Positions 20,203 to 30,579 of a DNA stretch of 64,000 nt are shown here, piece by piece (the stretch's first letter is position 1; every line of letters starts with the position of its first letter). A program made the position numbers and the translations under genes. The DNA is taken from NCBI GenBank assembly GCA_963675245.1, contig OY775910.1, forward strand, positions 416,001-480,000. The letters are read 5' to 3'. Below the pieces are notes generated by a model, which was not told the origin of the DNA, ran no database searches, and saw only the letters and a list, made by a program, of their open reading frames with translations. This DNA comes from Acholeplasmataceae bacterium. GTDB taxonomy: Bacteria > Bacillota_I > Bacilli_A > Acholeplasmatales > Acholeplasmataceae.

Positions 20203-20230
20203 AAAAGACACATTAAAAAATGTGTCTTTT
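20203..20230. terminator. Bidirectional terminator
   Basis: AAAAGACACAT-loop-ATGTGTCTTTT. Confidence 0.7.
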
Positions 20231-20239
20231 CTTTATCAA

Positions 20240-20806
20240 TTAATCTTTTCTACTCATGCCTGTAATGAATGTATATTTCTTCTTGTTTTCATCTTTTTGA
20301 TCATTTTGATCTAATTTATCAAATATATAGGCTTGTATCTCATCAAATTCTTCTTTAGATAGATAAACCTCAGAACTCGATAACCATCCAACATCGTAAG
20401 GATTTTTTTCTTTACTTTTGGACGCTTTTTGAGTCACTTCAATAAAATCCATTTTAAAACTTTCCAACTGACTAATCACGATATTGGTTAAGTGTTTTAG
20501 GTTTGTTTCTAGCGCATCATCATTATCTTCTAGTTGTAATTTAAATCTCATCTTAGGAAGCTTATAAAACTTAGCATTAATGCCATTAACGACTTCGATA
20601 TGATCTAATGTTAAGACATCAATCGCTAACAGCTTTTTAACATGATAATGAACCTTCGCAGGCACTTCTCCCATTAAATCTGCACAACCTTTTACCGTTA
20701 ATGGTTTTTGATGTTCTCTATACACACCTATAATTCTTAATCTAAAAGGATCACTTACGGCTTTTAATTCTTCAGTTGTAGAAATCACTCTCATGTCTTT
20801 ATCCAT
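20240..20806 (-). CDS. ArsR-like winged-helix transcriptional regulator
   Basis: KAVSDPFRLRI...VHYHVKKL...VNGINAKFY. Confidence 0.8.
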   Translation of the reverse strand: MDKDMRVISTTEELKAVSDPFRLRIIGVYREHQKPLTVKGCADLMGEVPAKVHYHVKKLLAIDVLTLDHIEVVNGINAKFYKLPKMRFKLQLEDNDDALETNLKHLTNIVISQLESFKMDFIEVTQKASKSKEKNPYDVGWLSSSEVYLSKEEFDEIQAYIFDKLDQNDQKDENKKKYTFITGMSRKD

Positions 20807-20836
20807 ATCATCACCTCATAAGAAAATTATATCATA

Positions 20837-22150
20837 CTAAATAGCGGGTTGAACTTCTGGCTTGGGTTGGTCGAGTTGTTCTAAGTAAGATGTTACTTTC
20901 TTACTTCTAGTTAATCCTATTAATGGATATAACAAGGCTAACCCACAAAGTAAGCCTAAGAAGGCGACATTACTATACTGAATCACAACACCACCTAATA
21001 CCATTGATATCGGCATAGCTGCACCAGATAATGATCCTACAAGACTTAACACACGACCACGATAAGATGGGTCTATACCCTTCATTAAAGCTGTATTAAT
21101 AGGAATATTGACACGGCTTTGATAAAACGCCATTAAGATTGAAAATAAGATATACATCCCAAAGAATACCCAATAATCGATCACACCATAGGTAATTAAG
21201 AAAATAGATCCTGCCAATAATATAAAGACGCCTGCCATTTTAGGTAAATCAGAAAGTAGTGATGTTTTAATACTATCAATCTTTTTACCCCCAATATAAA
21301 TGCCTGATATTAACATCGCGATACTAAAGACGATTGAACTCGCAGCTAAATGATAACCACTTTTAGCAAGTTCTGTTTTAAATAAGAAGGGGATGCCTAC
21401 ACTAAAGAGGGGGATAAAAGCGAAGTTAATAAAGATAATATATTTCATAAACGACATGAGACCTGTCGTGTTTTTGATATATGAAAACCCAATTTTAATG
21501 TCTTCAGCTAAATGTTTTCCTTCATTCACAACTGGATGTAAATATTTGGTCTTAATGAACATTTCACTAAATCCACTTAAGATGAATGAGATCGCATTCG
21601 CTAAAATAGCCACTTCAATCCCTAAGAGTTCATACATGATGACACCGGCCAAAACACCAACAATCCCTTGAATACTCATGACAATGGATTGTGCACCGTT
21701 AGCTGCTTGAATGAGTTCATCACCAACGATGTCTGGTATACTACTTTGTACAGCTGGAGCGAAAAAGGCAGAATTTATACCCGCTAGACCACCAATCACC
21801 ACAAAGAGTATGACTTGTTGATAAATCGTTAAATCAAATCTAACTAATATGAATAATGAGATAAAGAATAATATACCATTTAAATAATCGGTTAAATAGA
21901 TAATCCTAATTCTATGCCACTTATCAACTAATGCTCCGGCAATAGGACTAATGATTAAACGTAATACAATCGGTGCCGCACTTACAATAGCAAAATAAAA
22001 CGCACCAGCATTCCCATAAACTTCTTGGGGAAAAAGCGTTAAGATATAAACCCCTGCAGCAAACCCATATAGCGATGTTCCTATGGATGAAACCAACGCA
22101 CCTTGAAACAATAATAGGAAACTTCTATTCTTAAATAAAGCTTTCATCAT
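20837..22150 (-). CDS. MFS transporter (DHA3/macrolide-efflux-like)
   Basis: About 12 TMs, GALVDKWHR motif A, FFAPA, YRGRV. Confidence 0.85.
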   Translation of the reverse strand: MMKALFKNRSFLLLFQGALVSSIGTSLYGFAAGVYILTLFPQEVYGNAGAFYFAIVSAAPIVLRLIISPIAGALVDKWHRIRIIYLTDYLNGILFFISLFILVRFDLTIYQQVILFVVIGGLAGINSAFFAPAVQSSIPDIVGDELIQAANGAQSIVMSIQGIVGVLAGVIMYELLGIEVAILANAISFILSGFSEMFIKTKYLHPVVNEGKHLAEDIKIGFSYIKNTTGLMSFMKYIIFINFAFIPLFSVGIPFLFKTELAKSGYHLAASSIVFSIAMLISGIYIGGKKIDSIKTSLLSDLPKMAGVFILLAGSIFLITYGVIDYWVFFGMYILFSILMAFYQSRVNIPINTALMKGIDPSYRGRVLSLVGSLSGAAMPISMVLGGVVIQYSNVAFLGLLCGLALLYPLIGLTRSKKVTSYLEQLDQPKPEVQPAI

Positions 22151-22161
22151 GCACCTCTCAC

Positions 22162-22219
22162 ACAACGTTAAATAATTTTATTGTTAATTTATTTTAACGT
22201 TGTTTTACTTATTTGTCAA
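22162..22219 (-). promoter_or_regulatory. MFS operon promoter with inverted-repeat operator
   Basis: TTGACA(22219-22214)-17-TAAAAT; 11-bp arms ACAACGTTAAA...TTTAACGTTGT at 22162-22203. Confidence 0.6.
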
Positions 22220-22375
22220 TCATTTTTTTAAAATAAAAACTAAAAAAATAAAGATATTCAAAGAATATCTTTTTAGGAAATTATATCAAATAAATGAAAC
22301 AATATGTATATTTTACTTGACACTATGTAAAATAAAGTATACAATAGAGTCAGAAAACAAAAGGAGGCTATGCAT

Positions 22376-22804
22376 ATGGCTTATCAAGTAAAAAGAAGTA
22401 TTATGACAATTGTTACAATTTTAGTAGGATTAGGTGTCTATGGTGGCATCATGTTAACAAATCTTAGTGATCCACTCACAATATATGAATATGGTATGTA
22501 TGTATTACTCGCTATACCTGTATTAGTTGTTACCCAAATCATCGGTAAAATCATCTTTGATATATTCAATCGCACAGCAGATAAAAACGAGGAAGCGAAA
22601 AAGATGGATGAATTCGATAAAATCATCGAATATAAATCTGTTCGTAATTTCAGTTTTGTCGTCTTAACAGGATTCTTTACAGCAATGCTACTTATGTGGG
22701 TCAGTACACTACTCGCATCATTCCTTACCTTATTCTTAACATTGTTTGTTGCTGGAATCGCCTTACAAATCTCTTATATCATCTATTACACAAAGGGTGT
22801 GTAA
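22376..22804 (+). CDS. Four-TM membrane protein
   Basis: AGGAGG RBS; TTGACA-17-TACAAT promoter at 22317-22345; DEFD.IIE motif between TM pairs. Confidence 0.7.
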   Translation: MAYQVKRSIMTIVTILVGLGVYGGIMLTNLSDPLTIYEYGMYVLLAIPVLVVTQIIGKIIFDIFNRTADKNEEAKKMDEFDKIIEYKSVRNFSFVVLTGFFTAMLLMWVSTLLASFLTLFLTLFVAGIALQISYIIYYTKGV

Positions 22805-22805
22805 T

Positions 22806-23030
22806 ATGGCTAAAAAACAGAGTACCATTCAAAACAACATTAGAGAGTTAAGATTTCAAATGGGAGAGATGTCTCAAGCACATCTCGCCGATTTAGTGGG
22901 TGTATCAAGACAAACAATCGTGTCTGTTGAAAAAGGAAACTACACACCCTCATTGGATCTCGCATTTCAAATATGCGAGATATTTGATAAAAAGATTGAA
23001 GAGGTCTTCTTCTATCAAAAAGACGTTTGA
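22806..23030 (+). CDS. Small XRE-family HTH regulator
   Basis: MSQAHLADLVGVSRQTIVSVEKGNYTPSLDLAF. Confidence 0.88.
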   Translation: MAKKQSTIQNNIRELRFQMGEMSQAHLADLVGVSRQTIVSVEKGNYTPSLDLAFQICEIFDKKIEEVFFYQKDV

Positions 23031-23038
23031 TCATATAT

Positions 23039-23073
23039 AAAAAAGAGACTTTAAGAAAATAGTCTCTTTTTTT
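23039..23073. terminator. Bidirectional terminator
   Basis: AAAAAAGAGACT-loop-AGTCTCTTTTTT. Confidence 0.75.
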
Positions 23074-23076
23074 GTA

Positions 23077-24468
23077 TTAACTCGTCATATTACCCATAGC
23101 TGTACCACAATCTTCAATTAATAATTGTAAGGTTGTTAAGCTTACGGTAGCGCCAGATGTGAAATCAATATTATTTTCAACTGTAATATTTTCACCGACA
23201 TATAATTGTAGGTTTGCTCTTGTTACATCCAAATAACGTGTTTGTTGTAGTGAGAGAAAGGTTGCTGATGTCACGACACCATTGGTGTCAACAATTAATA
23301 AGACTCTCATTGAACCAAAATTATTCGTTCTATATGATTCAATGGCATACCCCATTAACACATCACTAGCATCATATAATGCGGACTTTTTAACAATTGA
23401 ACTTGGATCAGCTGAATGATCAAGTTCCTCGTAAGAAGCAACATCCTCATTTAATGCTTGATATGAGATGAGCGTCTCATCTGGAATCACTTCAATCCAT
23501 TTCGCATAGACTGTCAAATCGCCAACAGGATGACTTTCATGATATGATGCTAAAGATTCCGTAAATGATGCATCTACATACCAGCCATCAAAATCAAAGC
23601 CTGCTTTATTTGGATCTTGAAATGTTAAAAGATCTTCAACTGTATATGTGTTTAAATTATTCTCGTTTTGTATACCACCATCAAGCATATAAGTAATATT
23701 ATATGTGATGGTTTGCCAAGACGATACTAATGACATATGATCTAATACTTCTGTTTCACTAAAGTTATATAAGACATCATTTAAATACCAACCATTAAAG
23801 ATGTAGCCAATTCTTTCAGGATCTATAGGTTCATCAACATATTCCCCATCAGAGACATGTACTGAAACAGTATTAGTTACACCATCATTATAATCAAATG
23901 TGACAGTCCAGGTGTTAGGTTCAATGACTTCTTCAACCCATTTCGCATAAACACTCATATCCGAAGATAAAGCTAACATGTCATCTAAAGTGAATGATGA
24001 TTCAAATGTGTCATTATCTATATACCAACCATCAAAGACATAACCTGCTCTTGTTGGATTTGTTGGCATTCCAACTATTGTTGATTCATCAATAATCACA
24101 TTGTAAGCACTTGTTACGCCATCATTGTAATTAAATGTGACAGTCCAGATGTTAGGTTCGATGACTTCTTCAATCCATTTTGCGTAAACCGTGATATCTT
24201 CAGTTAATTCTAAATTTAAGATGTTATCAACGTTAAATGGCGTTTCAAATGTGTCATCATCCAAAAACCACCCATCAAAAACATATCCTTCTTTTGTTGG
24301 ATCTTCTGGCATTGCGGTACCCATTAATCCATTAACGATTAATACGTCAATGTCAGATCCACCATTTGTATCAAAGTTGATTTCAAATGACGCTATCGCT
24401 TCTGTACAACCCGTTAGCAACAAGATTAATATAAACATAACGCTAATCATTATTTTATGTGATTTCAA
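23077..24468 (-). CDS. Lipoprotein with InlB B-repeats (Listeria-Bacteroides repeat) and C-terminal FMN-binding domain
   Basis: Lipobox LLTGC; four P.K/R.GY/F.F.GW repeats; C-terminal DFTSGATVS flavinylation-type motif. Confidence 0.78.
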   Translation of the reverse strand: MKSHKIMISVMFILILLLTGCTEAIASFEINFDTNGGSDIDVLIVNGLMGTAMPEDPTKEGYVFDGWFLDDDTFETPFNVDNILNLELTEDITVYAKWIEEVIEPNIWTVTFNYNDGVTSAYNVIIDESTIVGMPTNPTRAGYVFDGWYIDNDTFESSFTLDDMLALSSDMSVYAKWVEEVIEPNTWTVTFDYNDGVTNTVSVHVSDGEYVDEPIDPERIGYIFNGWYLNDVLYNFSETEVLDHMSLVSSWQTITYNITYMLDGGIQNENNLNTYTVEDLLTFQDPNKAGFDFDGWYVDASFTESLASYHESHPVGDLTVYAKWIEVIPDETLISYQALNEDVASYEELDHSADPSSIVKKSALYDASDVLMGYAIESYRTNNFGSMRVLLIVDTNGVVTSATFLSLQQTRYLDVTRANLQLYVGENITVENNIDFTSGATVSLTTLQLLIEDCGTAMGNMTS

Positions 24469-24575
24469 GATTATGACCTCCCCATATAATTTAAAAATAT
24501 TATAACACGAAAATCTCATATTTGAAGATTAAAAAAACACCTCTATAAATATTTATGGAGGTGTTTTATATGTTC

Positions 24576-25124
24576 TTATTTTAATGAATAAATCATTAAA
24601 TCAATCTTACCTTTGTATGGCCAAGCTTTTACGTCATGAAGTGTATCTTTTAAGACGAAGCCACATCTATTTAAGATATGATTGGTGACTTTATCTTCTT
24701 TCATTGCTGTGGCGTATATGTGTCTTACATGAATTTGATGTAATAAATACTTAATCACTAAACGACACGTCATCTCAGCATATCCCCTATGCCAATGTGC
24801 TTCGTGGAATCGATAACTCATTTCTAAACTATTCTTTTGTAAGTTAATCTTAAATAATTTCACCATACCAATGAATTGTTTGGTACTTTTTAAGTAGACA
24901 CCAATATATAAATACTTCTTTTTATAATAATCCATTTGATAACGGTCAATTAATGCACGTGCTGCCGATTCTGTTTTCTTAGGATATCCTCTGGTGTACT
25001 TAAAACAATTAGGATTCATCATCATTTGAACAAATTGATCATCGTCATCATGATCAATCATCTTCGTATACAATATGTCGTTTTCTAGCTGTGGGAAAGT
25101 ATTAAACAACATGTGTACGCTCAT
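24576..25124 (-). CDS. GNAT (RimJ/RimL-like) acetyltransferase
   Basis: LEMSY...HWHRGYA...ILNRCGF. Confidence 0.75.
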   Translation of the reverse strand: MSVHMLFNTFPQLENDILYTKMIDHDDDDQFVQMMMNPNCFKYTRGYPKKTESAARALIDRYQMDYYKKKYLYIGVYLKSTKQFIGMVKLFKINLQKNSLEMSYRFHEAHWHRGYAEMTCRLVIKYLLHQIHVRHIYATAMKEDKVTNHILNRCGFVLKDTLHDVKAWPYKGKIDLMIYSLK

Positions 25125-25529
25125 CTACTTCACCAATTTCTTGAATTCAAATACTTCTTGCTTATTATAGTTTAATTGAAGGGAGATACGATCATCTTGT
25201 TTGTTATACATTTCAATGGTAGGAAATAGGATTTTTCTTTTTACGACGATATTGAGTTTTTCGTCTAACGTGCCATACTTGAAGATGGAGAAATGATCAT
25301 CGTTTACGTTATGAATGAAGTATATGTCATCATCCTTGACACAAACGATTTTTAAACGTTTATTGCCGTAAAAGAGATTCCCCGCAATCGCGTTTTGTCC
25401 AGCTCCTTCATTATAAGGAAACCCAGCGAACCACATGTTCTTCTCATCAATAAGGTCGTTCTTTCTTAAATAGCTTTCTAAATCCTTCAGGTCTTCTTTG
25501 GTATGAGGTATTTCTTTAAACTTGTTCAT
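25125..25529 (-). CDS. Hypothetical protein
   Basis: GGAGG RBS; stop abuts start of next gene. Confidence 0.65.
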   Translation of the reverse strand: MNKFKEIPHTKEDLKDLESYLRKNDLIDEKNMWFAGFPYNEGAGQNAIAGNLFYGNKRLKIVCVKDDDIYFIHNVNDDHFSIFKYGTLDEKLNIVVKRKILFPTIEMYNKQDDRISLQLNYNKQEVFEFKKLVK

Positions 25530-25877
25530 AGATAACCTCCATCGCTTTTTCTTTATTTTATCATACTATTTATATAAATAATAATGATCGTCAACAAACT
25601 TATAATTAAATAGAAATACGTTCAGCATAAAATACTTTTATCAACATAAACAAGATAGCTTACTCTTCTAAGTTTCCAGTTATATTGTCTCAAAAATTCT
25701 TTTATAAATAAAATGCTACTATCATTCAAAATTTTCTTAAAATTTAAACATTTTAAAAGTTTATTTAAACTTATTCCAAATAAAATATTAATTTTTATTA
25801 AATTAAGGTATATAATAAGGCTAACCAGCATTACGATAAATAAGTGGAAAACCACATAGATAAAGAGGGGTATTTTT

Positions 25878-28529
25878 ATGTTAGACAAAAAGAAGTATTT
25901 TTTAGGGTTACTTATGATATCAATCCTAGTTTTTGTGTTATCCGGATGTGAGGAATTGTTCAATTCCAATACGAATTCACCAACATCAAAAACTGGAATT
26001 ATCACTGTCAACAATGATCTTTCACCTTTGTTAATTGATGATGATATCGTGTTAGATTTTTCAGTTGGAACATTATCATCATATGATAGCAATTTGATTA
26101 CTTTTAACCTAACTAATAATGAGGCTAATGCAACTGTTGGATTTGAAACAAACGAACATAATGAGGAAGTTGCTATTATACATGCACACAACTTTGGAAC
26201 AGTTGATTTAAAAATCACTTATGAAAGTGATATAACTTATGAATCAGATAAAATCACACTTGTTTTCTCACACTATCCATTAAGAACATCAGAAGATCTT
26301 GCCGATCTTGAAAACTCAAGCGATGTTTTCGTCTTACTAGATGATATTGACATATCAGATGAGACATGGACTCCTATTACAGGCTTTTCTGGAACATTAT
26401 TTGGCAATGGTTTTACAATTTCAAATGTTTCAATCCAAAGTACTTCTGCAGATAATATTGGTTTTTTCGATATTTTGAGTGGTCATGTATATGATTTGAA
26501 ATTAAATGTTGATATCAACGTTACTGGAGGTTATCAAAATATTGGTGGCTTAGCAGGTTCTAGTATTGGTTCAATAGAAAATGTTGAGATTACTGGTCAA
26601 ATTACAGCCCAACAAGGAACAAATGTTGGAGGTGTAGTTGGATTTTCTGATTTAGCCAATTTAAATTCTAATATAAACCACGCAACAATAGTTGGTGATA
26701 ATTCTGTTGGTGGTGTTGGTGGTTTTGTTACCATTGACGAAGAAGAAACTATTGCTGGAAACCAAAACAATGGTACTATTACTGGTAACGGTGATAATAT
26801 CGGTGGTGTTATCGGTAGTTTATCTGGTATTTACAATGACTATTCCGCAAGTGAGACTTATTTAAATAACTTTATAAACACTGGCGAAGTAACAGGATTA
26901 TCTTCAAATGTAGGTGGTATAGTAGGTTTTATTACTTCAACAAACAACTATTCATTTTCTGATCCAGATGAAATTATTTTCTTTATGATGAGTAATTGTA
27001 TTAATCAGGGTATCGTCATTGGTGAAGATTATGTCGGTGGTATTGTTGGAAATGGACATGCTGTTGGTTTAATTGAATATTCAAGTAATAATGCAAATAT
27101 TACTGGTGAAGATTATGTCGGTGGTTTTCTCGGTTTTGGTAAATGGGCAGATATTAACGGTGCAGTAAATGAAGTCATTGTTACTGGGGATGCTTACGTT
27201 GGCGGTATTGCAGGATTTGGTGCAGAATTTAGCGAGTGTGAAAACAGTGGTTCTATTATCTCTAATCACACGATTTCGGTAGAAACTGAACTTGTATCTT
27301 ATGTTGGTGGTATAGCAGGGTATATGACACTCGCAAATGACTGTTTTAACAATTCAGATATCACAGTTAACACAGGTGGTGCATATGTCGGCGGTATTGC
27401 AGGTTACATTGCTTCTGCAGAAGAAGTAACCATAGCTAATAATGAAAATAATGGCGATATCTCAAGTACTGGAGAAAGTGTTGGCGGTATTTTTGGGGCA
27501 AGTGTTGGTGTTTTTCATGATTATTCTTCTACTTCAGCATATTTAAATAACAACGTAAACAATGGAGATATTTATAGTACGCAGTCAAATGTGGGTGGTA
27601 TTATTGGTTATTCATCTTCTATTAATAAATATTCATTTGCAGATGATATAGACCGTATGTTTTTAGTCATTTCAAATAGCACTAATACTGGTACAATTAC
27701 GGGTGATAATTATGTAGGTGGTATTGTGGGCAATGGACTATCAGTATCGGATATCAATTATAGTACAAATTCAGCAAACATTACCGGTGCAGATTATGTA
27801 GGTGGATATTTAGGGTATGGTAAATATGCTAATTTTAATCAATTAACAAACGATAATACAATTACAGGTAAAACATACGTAGGTGGTATTGCTGGATATG
27901 CAAATGAATTCTATGATTGTACAAATAACGGATCTATTATTTCAACTGGTGTTACAGTTGTTAATACATTGTTCGTAGTTTATGTAGGCGGCATCGCTGG
28001 ATACATGACATTAGCCACAGATTGTATTAATAATGCGGATATTGACGTGTCAAATGAAGGTGATTATGTTGGTGGAATTGCGGGTTATATGTTAATTGAT
28101 GAATTAATAAAAGTTGAGGGTAACGAAAATAATGGCGATATTACAAGTTCAGGAGATTATGTTGGTGGCATTGTTGGTTCTATTATTGGTAAATATGATG
28201 ATTATCATTCAACATCAGCAGACTTTACAGAAAATATAAATCGTGGCAATATTACGGGCTATGGATTTGTAGGGGGATTGATTGGTTATCAAGGATCAAA
28301 TAATACGTATACGTTCGCTGATGAAACTGAACAACTCTATATTAATATTTCAAATTGTGAAAATAGCGGAGATATCACTGGTATAAACTATGTCGGTGGT
28401 TTGATTGGTTATGCAACTCATGCATATAGTTCAGATAGTTTATGGAATACAAACACATCTATTTGTATTATTACAGCTGATGAAAATGGCGGTATAATTT
28501 ATGGCTTTATTAGAAATGTGAAAAGTTAG
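25878..28529 (+). CDS. Large surface lipoprotein with GLUG-type (VGGIVG) repeats
   Basis: Lipobox LSGC; WTPI..FSG.LFGNGFTISN head; many YVGGIAG repeats. Confidence 0.8.
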   Translation: MLDKKKYFLGLLMISILVFVLSGCEELFNSNTNSPTSKTGIITVNNDLSPLLIDDDIVLDFSVGTLSSYDSNLITFNLTNNEANATVGFETNEHNEEVAIIHAHNFGTVDLKITYESDITYESDKITLVFSHYPLRTSEDLADLENSSDVFVLLDDIDISDETWTPITGFSGTLFGNGFTISNVSIQSTSADNIGFFDILSGHVYDLKLNVDINVTGGYQNIGGLAGSSIGSIENVEITGQITAQQGTNVGGVVGFSDLANLNSNINHATIVGDNSVGGVGGFVTIDEEETIAGNQNNGTITGNGDNIGGVIGSLSGIYNDYSASETYLNNFINTGEVTGLSSNVGGIVGFITSTNNYSFSDPDEIIFFMMSNCINQGIVIGEDYVGGIVGNGHAVGLIEYSSNNANITGEDYVGGFLGFGKWADINGAVNEVIVTGDAYVGGIAGFGAEFSECENSGSIISNHTISVETELVSYVGGIAGYMTLANDCFNNSDITVNTGGAYVGGIAGYIASAEEVTIANNENNGDISSTGESVGGIFGASVGVFHDYSSTSAYLNNNVNNGDIYSTQSNVGGIIGYSSSINKYSFADDIDRMFLVISNSTNTGTITGDNYVGGIVGNGLSVSDINYSTNSANITGADYVGGYLGYGKYANFNQLTNDNTITGKTYVGGIAGYANEFYDCTNNGSIISTGVTVVNTLFVVYVGGIAGYMTLATDCINNADIDVSNEGDYVGGIAGYMLIDELIKVEGNENNGDITSSGDYVGGIVGSIIGKYDDYHSTSADFTENINRGNITGYGFVGGLIGYQGSNNTYTFADETEQLYINISNCENSGDITGINYVGGLIGYATHAYSSDSLWNTNTSICIITADENGGIIYGFIRNVKS

Positions 28530-28585
28530 TTAATATGAACATCAAATATTAAGTGATAAATGATTTGTTAATACTTTATTAAAAG

Positions 28586-28615
28586 TAAAAAGTCAGAGTG
28601 AAATCTGACTTTTTA
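28586..28615. terminator. Bidirectional terminator
   Basis: TAAAAAGTCAGA-loop-TCTGACTTTTTA. Confidence 0.75.
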
Positions 28616-28642
28616 GACTTTATCAAAGAATATTAAAACAAA

Positions 28643-29491
28643 TTAATATGCTACAGTTACAAGTACCCCTCTTTTCTTCTTTCGCAAGACATACCATGTA
28701 CCTACACCAAGCGCTAATGCGATATTAACAACTGACCATATCCAATACCCTGGTTGAGGAACATCTTCCATAAACAATACTGGGAAGAATGGAACTGAGA
28801 CATTGCTTATTGTATGCATGATCCATGGAATGATTAACTTCTTTCCAGATAAATTATATAGGATACCAATCACGACTGACCAACTTGTCGTGAATAACAC
28901 GAATGTGATAAACGGATAAAATGAATGTCCTTCGCCTTGGATTAACCATAGTGGTGCATGCCATACGCCCCATAATACACCGATTAATAAGCTCGCAGGT
29001 ATAATGCCTATTTTATCTTGTAGTGGAGATTGGATGAATCCTCTCCACCCAAACTCTTCTTGTCCACCACCTACAAAGAAAATCATTAAAGTATATGGAA
29101 TGAATAACACATAAGGAGATATCTCCATATCAGTGGGTATTAATGTATCAAGTAAGATATCACTGCCTAATAGGTTTGTTCCATAGTGAGCTATGATGGT
29201 TGTGATAAACCCAAACAGCACAGCAATCAGATAGAATTTCCAATGTGCCTTGAGATCAAAAGATCTTTTAAAGAACGCTTTAACAGCTAGCCATTTTCCT
29301 TGTGAGTATGTGAGGATAGTTGCTGAGACGAGTGGTCCAAACGCACCTAATATCACAACGAGACTAATGAGTGATGACAATGTATCTGTCATCAAATATA
29401 ATCCAAATGTAGGTAAAACAAATGGTAACCATAATACCCAAGCCCAAACATACGTATAAATAAAATATTTGACAATTGTTTTATTATTCAT
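28643..29491 (-). CDS. CPBP (Abi/CAAX-type) intramembrane metalloprotease, copy 1
   Basis: EEFGWRG, WGVWH, HTISN motifs. Confidence 0.9.
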   Translation of the reverse strand: MNNKTIVKYFIYTYVWAWVLWLPFVLPTFGLYLMTDTLSSLISLVVILGAFGPLVSATILTYSQGKWLAVKAFFKRSFDLKAHWKFYLIAVLFGFITTIIAHYGTNLLGSDILLDTLIPTDMEISPYVLFIPYTLMIFFVGGGQEEFGWRGFIQSPLQDKIGIIPASLLIGVLWGVWHAPLWLIQGEGHSFYPFITFVLFTTSWSVVIGILYNLSGKKLIIPWIMHTISNVSVPFFPVLFMEDVPQPGYWIWSVVNIALALGVGTWYVLRKKKRGVLVTVAY

Positions 29492-29578
29492 TTTATGACT
29501 CCTGTTCTTGTTAATTTCTAACTTAAGCATACCACCAACAGAACAGGATGTAGCACAACGGTTTGTTGCAAGATAATA

Positions 29579-29815
29579 TTAAAAAACACCCTTGATTTCA
29601 AGGATATCTTCTAATTTAACATCTAACAATTGTGATAATACAACTAGGTGTTCAATCTTAGGTAATTTAAACCCATTAACCCAGTCATATATAACCCTTG
29701 CAGTGTTAAGATTCAAATATTCAGCAATAACGTCATACGACATGCCTGATCTTTGAATAAGTGTTCGTAAATTATCGCCAGTTTTATCTCTGTCAATAAC
29801 CATTGATTGATCCAT
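29579..29815 (-). CDS. Small XRE-family HTH regulator, divergent from the large ncRNA
   Basis: AAGGAGG RBS; KTGDNLRTL...VIYDWVNGFKLPKIEHL...LEDIL. Confidence 0.85.
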   Translation of the reverse strand: MDQSMVIDRDKTGDNLRTLIQRSGMSYDVIAEYLNLNTARVIYDWVNGFKLPKIEHLVVLSQLLDVKLEDILEIKGVF

Positions 29816-29937
29816 ATTAACTACCTCCTTTGGAATTAACTCTTTAATTCACATCTATAAAATGAATATCAGGTAGTCTTTGGATCAATTTCTAAATTAT
29901 AATAAATTTCTATTTTTGTCAATAGCATTTATATTCT

Positions 29938-30008
29938 TTGAACTATCAGTACAAAAATTAGCCTTGAACTAGTAGTACATTGTATAGAACATATCATTAA
30001 ACTATAAT
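29938..30008 (+). promoter_or_regulatory. ncRNA promoter with two upstream operator-like repeats
   Basis: TTGAACTATCAGTACA (29938-29953) and TTGAACTAGTAGTACA (29964-29979), then TTGTAT-17bp-TATAAT (29980-30008). Confidence 0.7.
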
Positions 30009-30020
30009 AGCGATGTATTA

Positions 30021-30573
30021 AATGAATTCTTTGAAAATTGAATATCTCACAAGCATATGAAAAACTAGTTTAATCAACTACTATGCACATATTGTTGGGC
30101 ATGGAAGTGTGGCGATAGTCACATCCAGTAATGTTATACTACTTACAAAACATGGTAAGCAATGATATGGTGGTATGTTGAACTTATACATCATAAAGCA
30201 TCAGATCTTTTCGAGGAAGCAATAAACGCTATCGTGGATAGAAACATCAAGTTAGGAAAATGGGTTAGCATCCATAGGTCAAACCTTGAAACGCTCATAA
30301 TTCCTTGTGTCGTTGAAACACCGAAAGGTGCTATAAGAAGAGACTGGGTTGGAGTAGCACAAATTGACATTCTATTTGTTAAATAGATAATGGCTCTGAT
30401 TGTGTGAAACTTGAGGATAACCAATGCCTTTACGGTTTTTATAAAGAGACGGTTAAGATGAGGTAGCTCCTTATCTGTGCCCCGTTACTTACCGGTGGCT
30501 GAATAATGATGAAGTAGGGCATATTACGAGGAAGACTTGGTGAGATATTTAATTTTGAGAGAATTAATTCATT
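30021..30573 (+). ncRNA. Large structured non-coding RNA, probably ROOL-like
   Basis: Own promoter and terminator; 30025-30050 pairs with 30540-30565 (23 WC + 2 GU + 1 mismatch); internal hairpins including CACC-GAAA-GGTG; no credible ORF; short motifs recalled from ROOL RNAs (AAACATGGTAAGCAAT, CTGAATA..GAAGTAGG). Family identity not verified by search. Confidence 0.7.
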
Positions 30574-30579
30574 TTCACA

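Noticed and set aside
25622..26218. 198-aa minus-strand ORF
   Set aside because: Antisense shadow of the GLUG lipoprotein gene plus AT-rich intergenic sequence.
23480..28400. Repeated DNA segments as a CRISPR array
   Set aside because: Repeats are degenerate, in-frame and encode protein repeats (B-repeats, GLUG); no constant repeat-spacer pattern and no cas genes.
30025..30565. Terminal inverted repeat as the ends of a MITE/IS
   Set aside because: Two of the three deviations are G-U compatible on the + strand, as expected for an RNA helix; no target-site duplication or transposase seen; flanked by a promoter and terminator.
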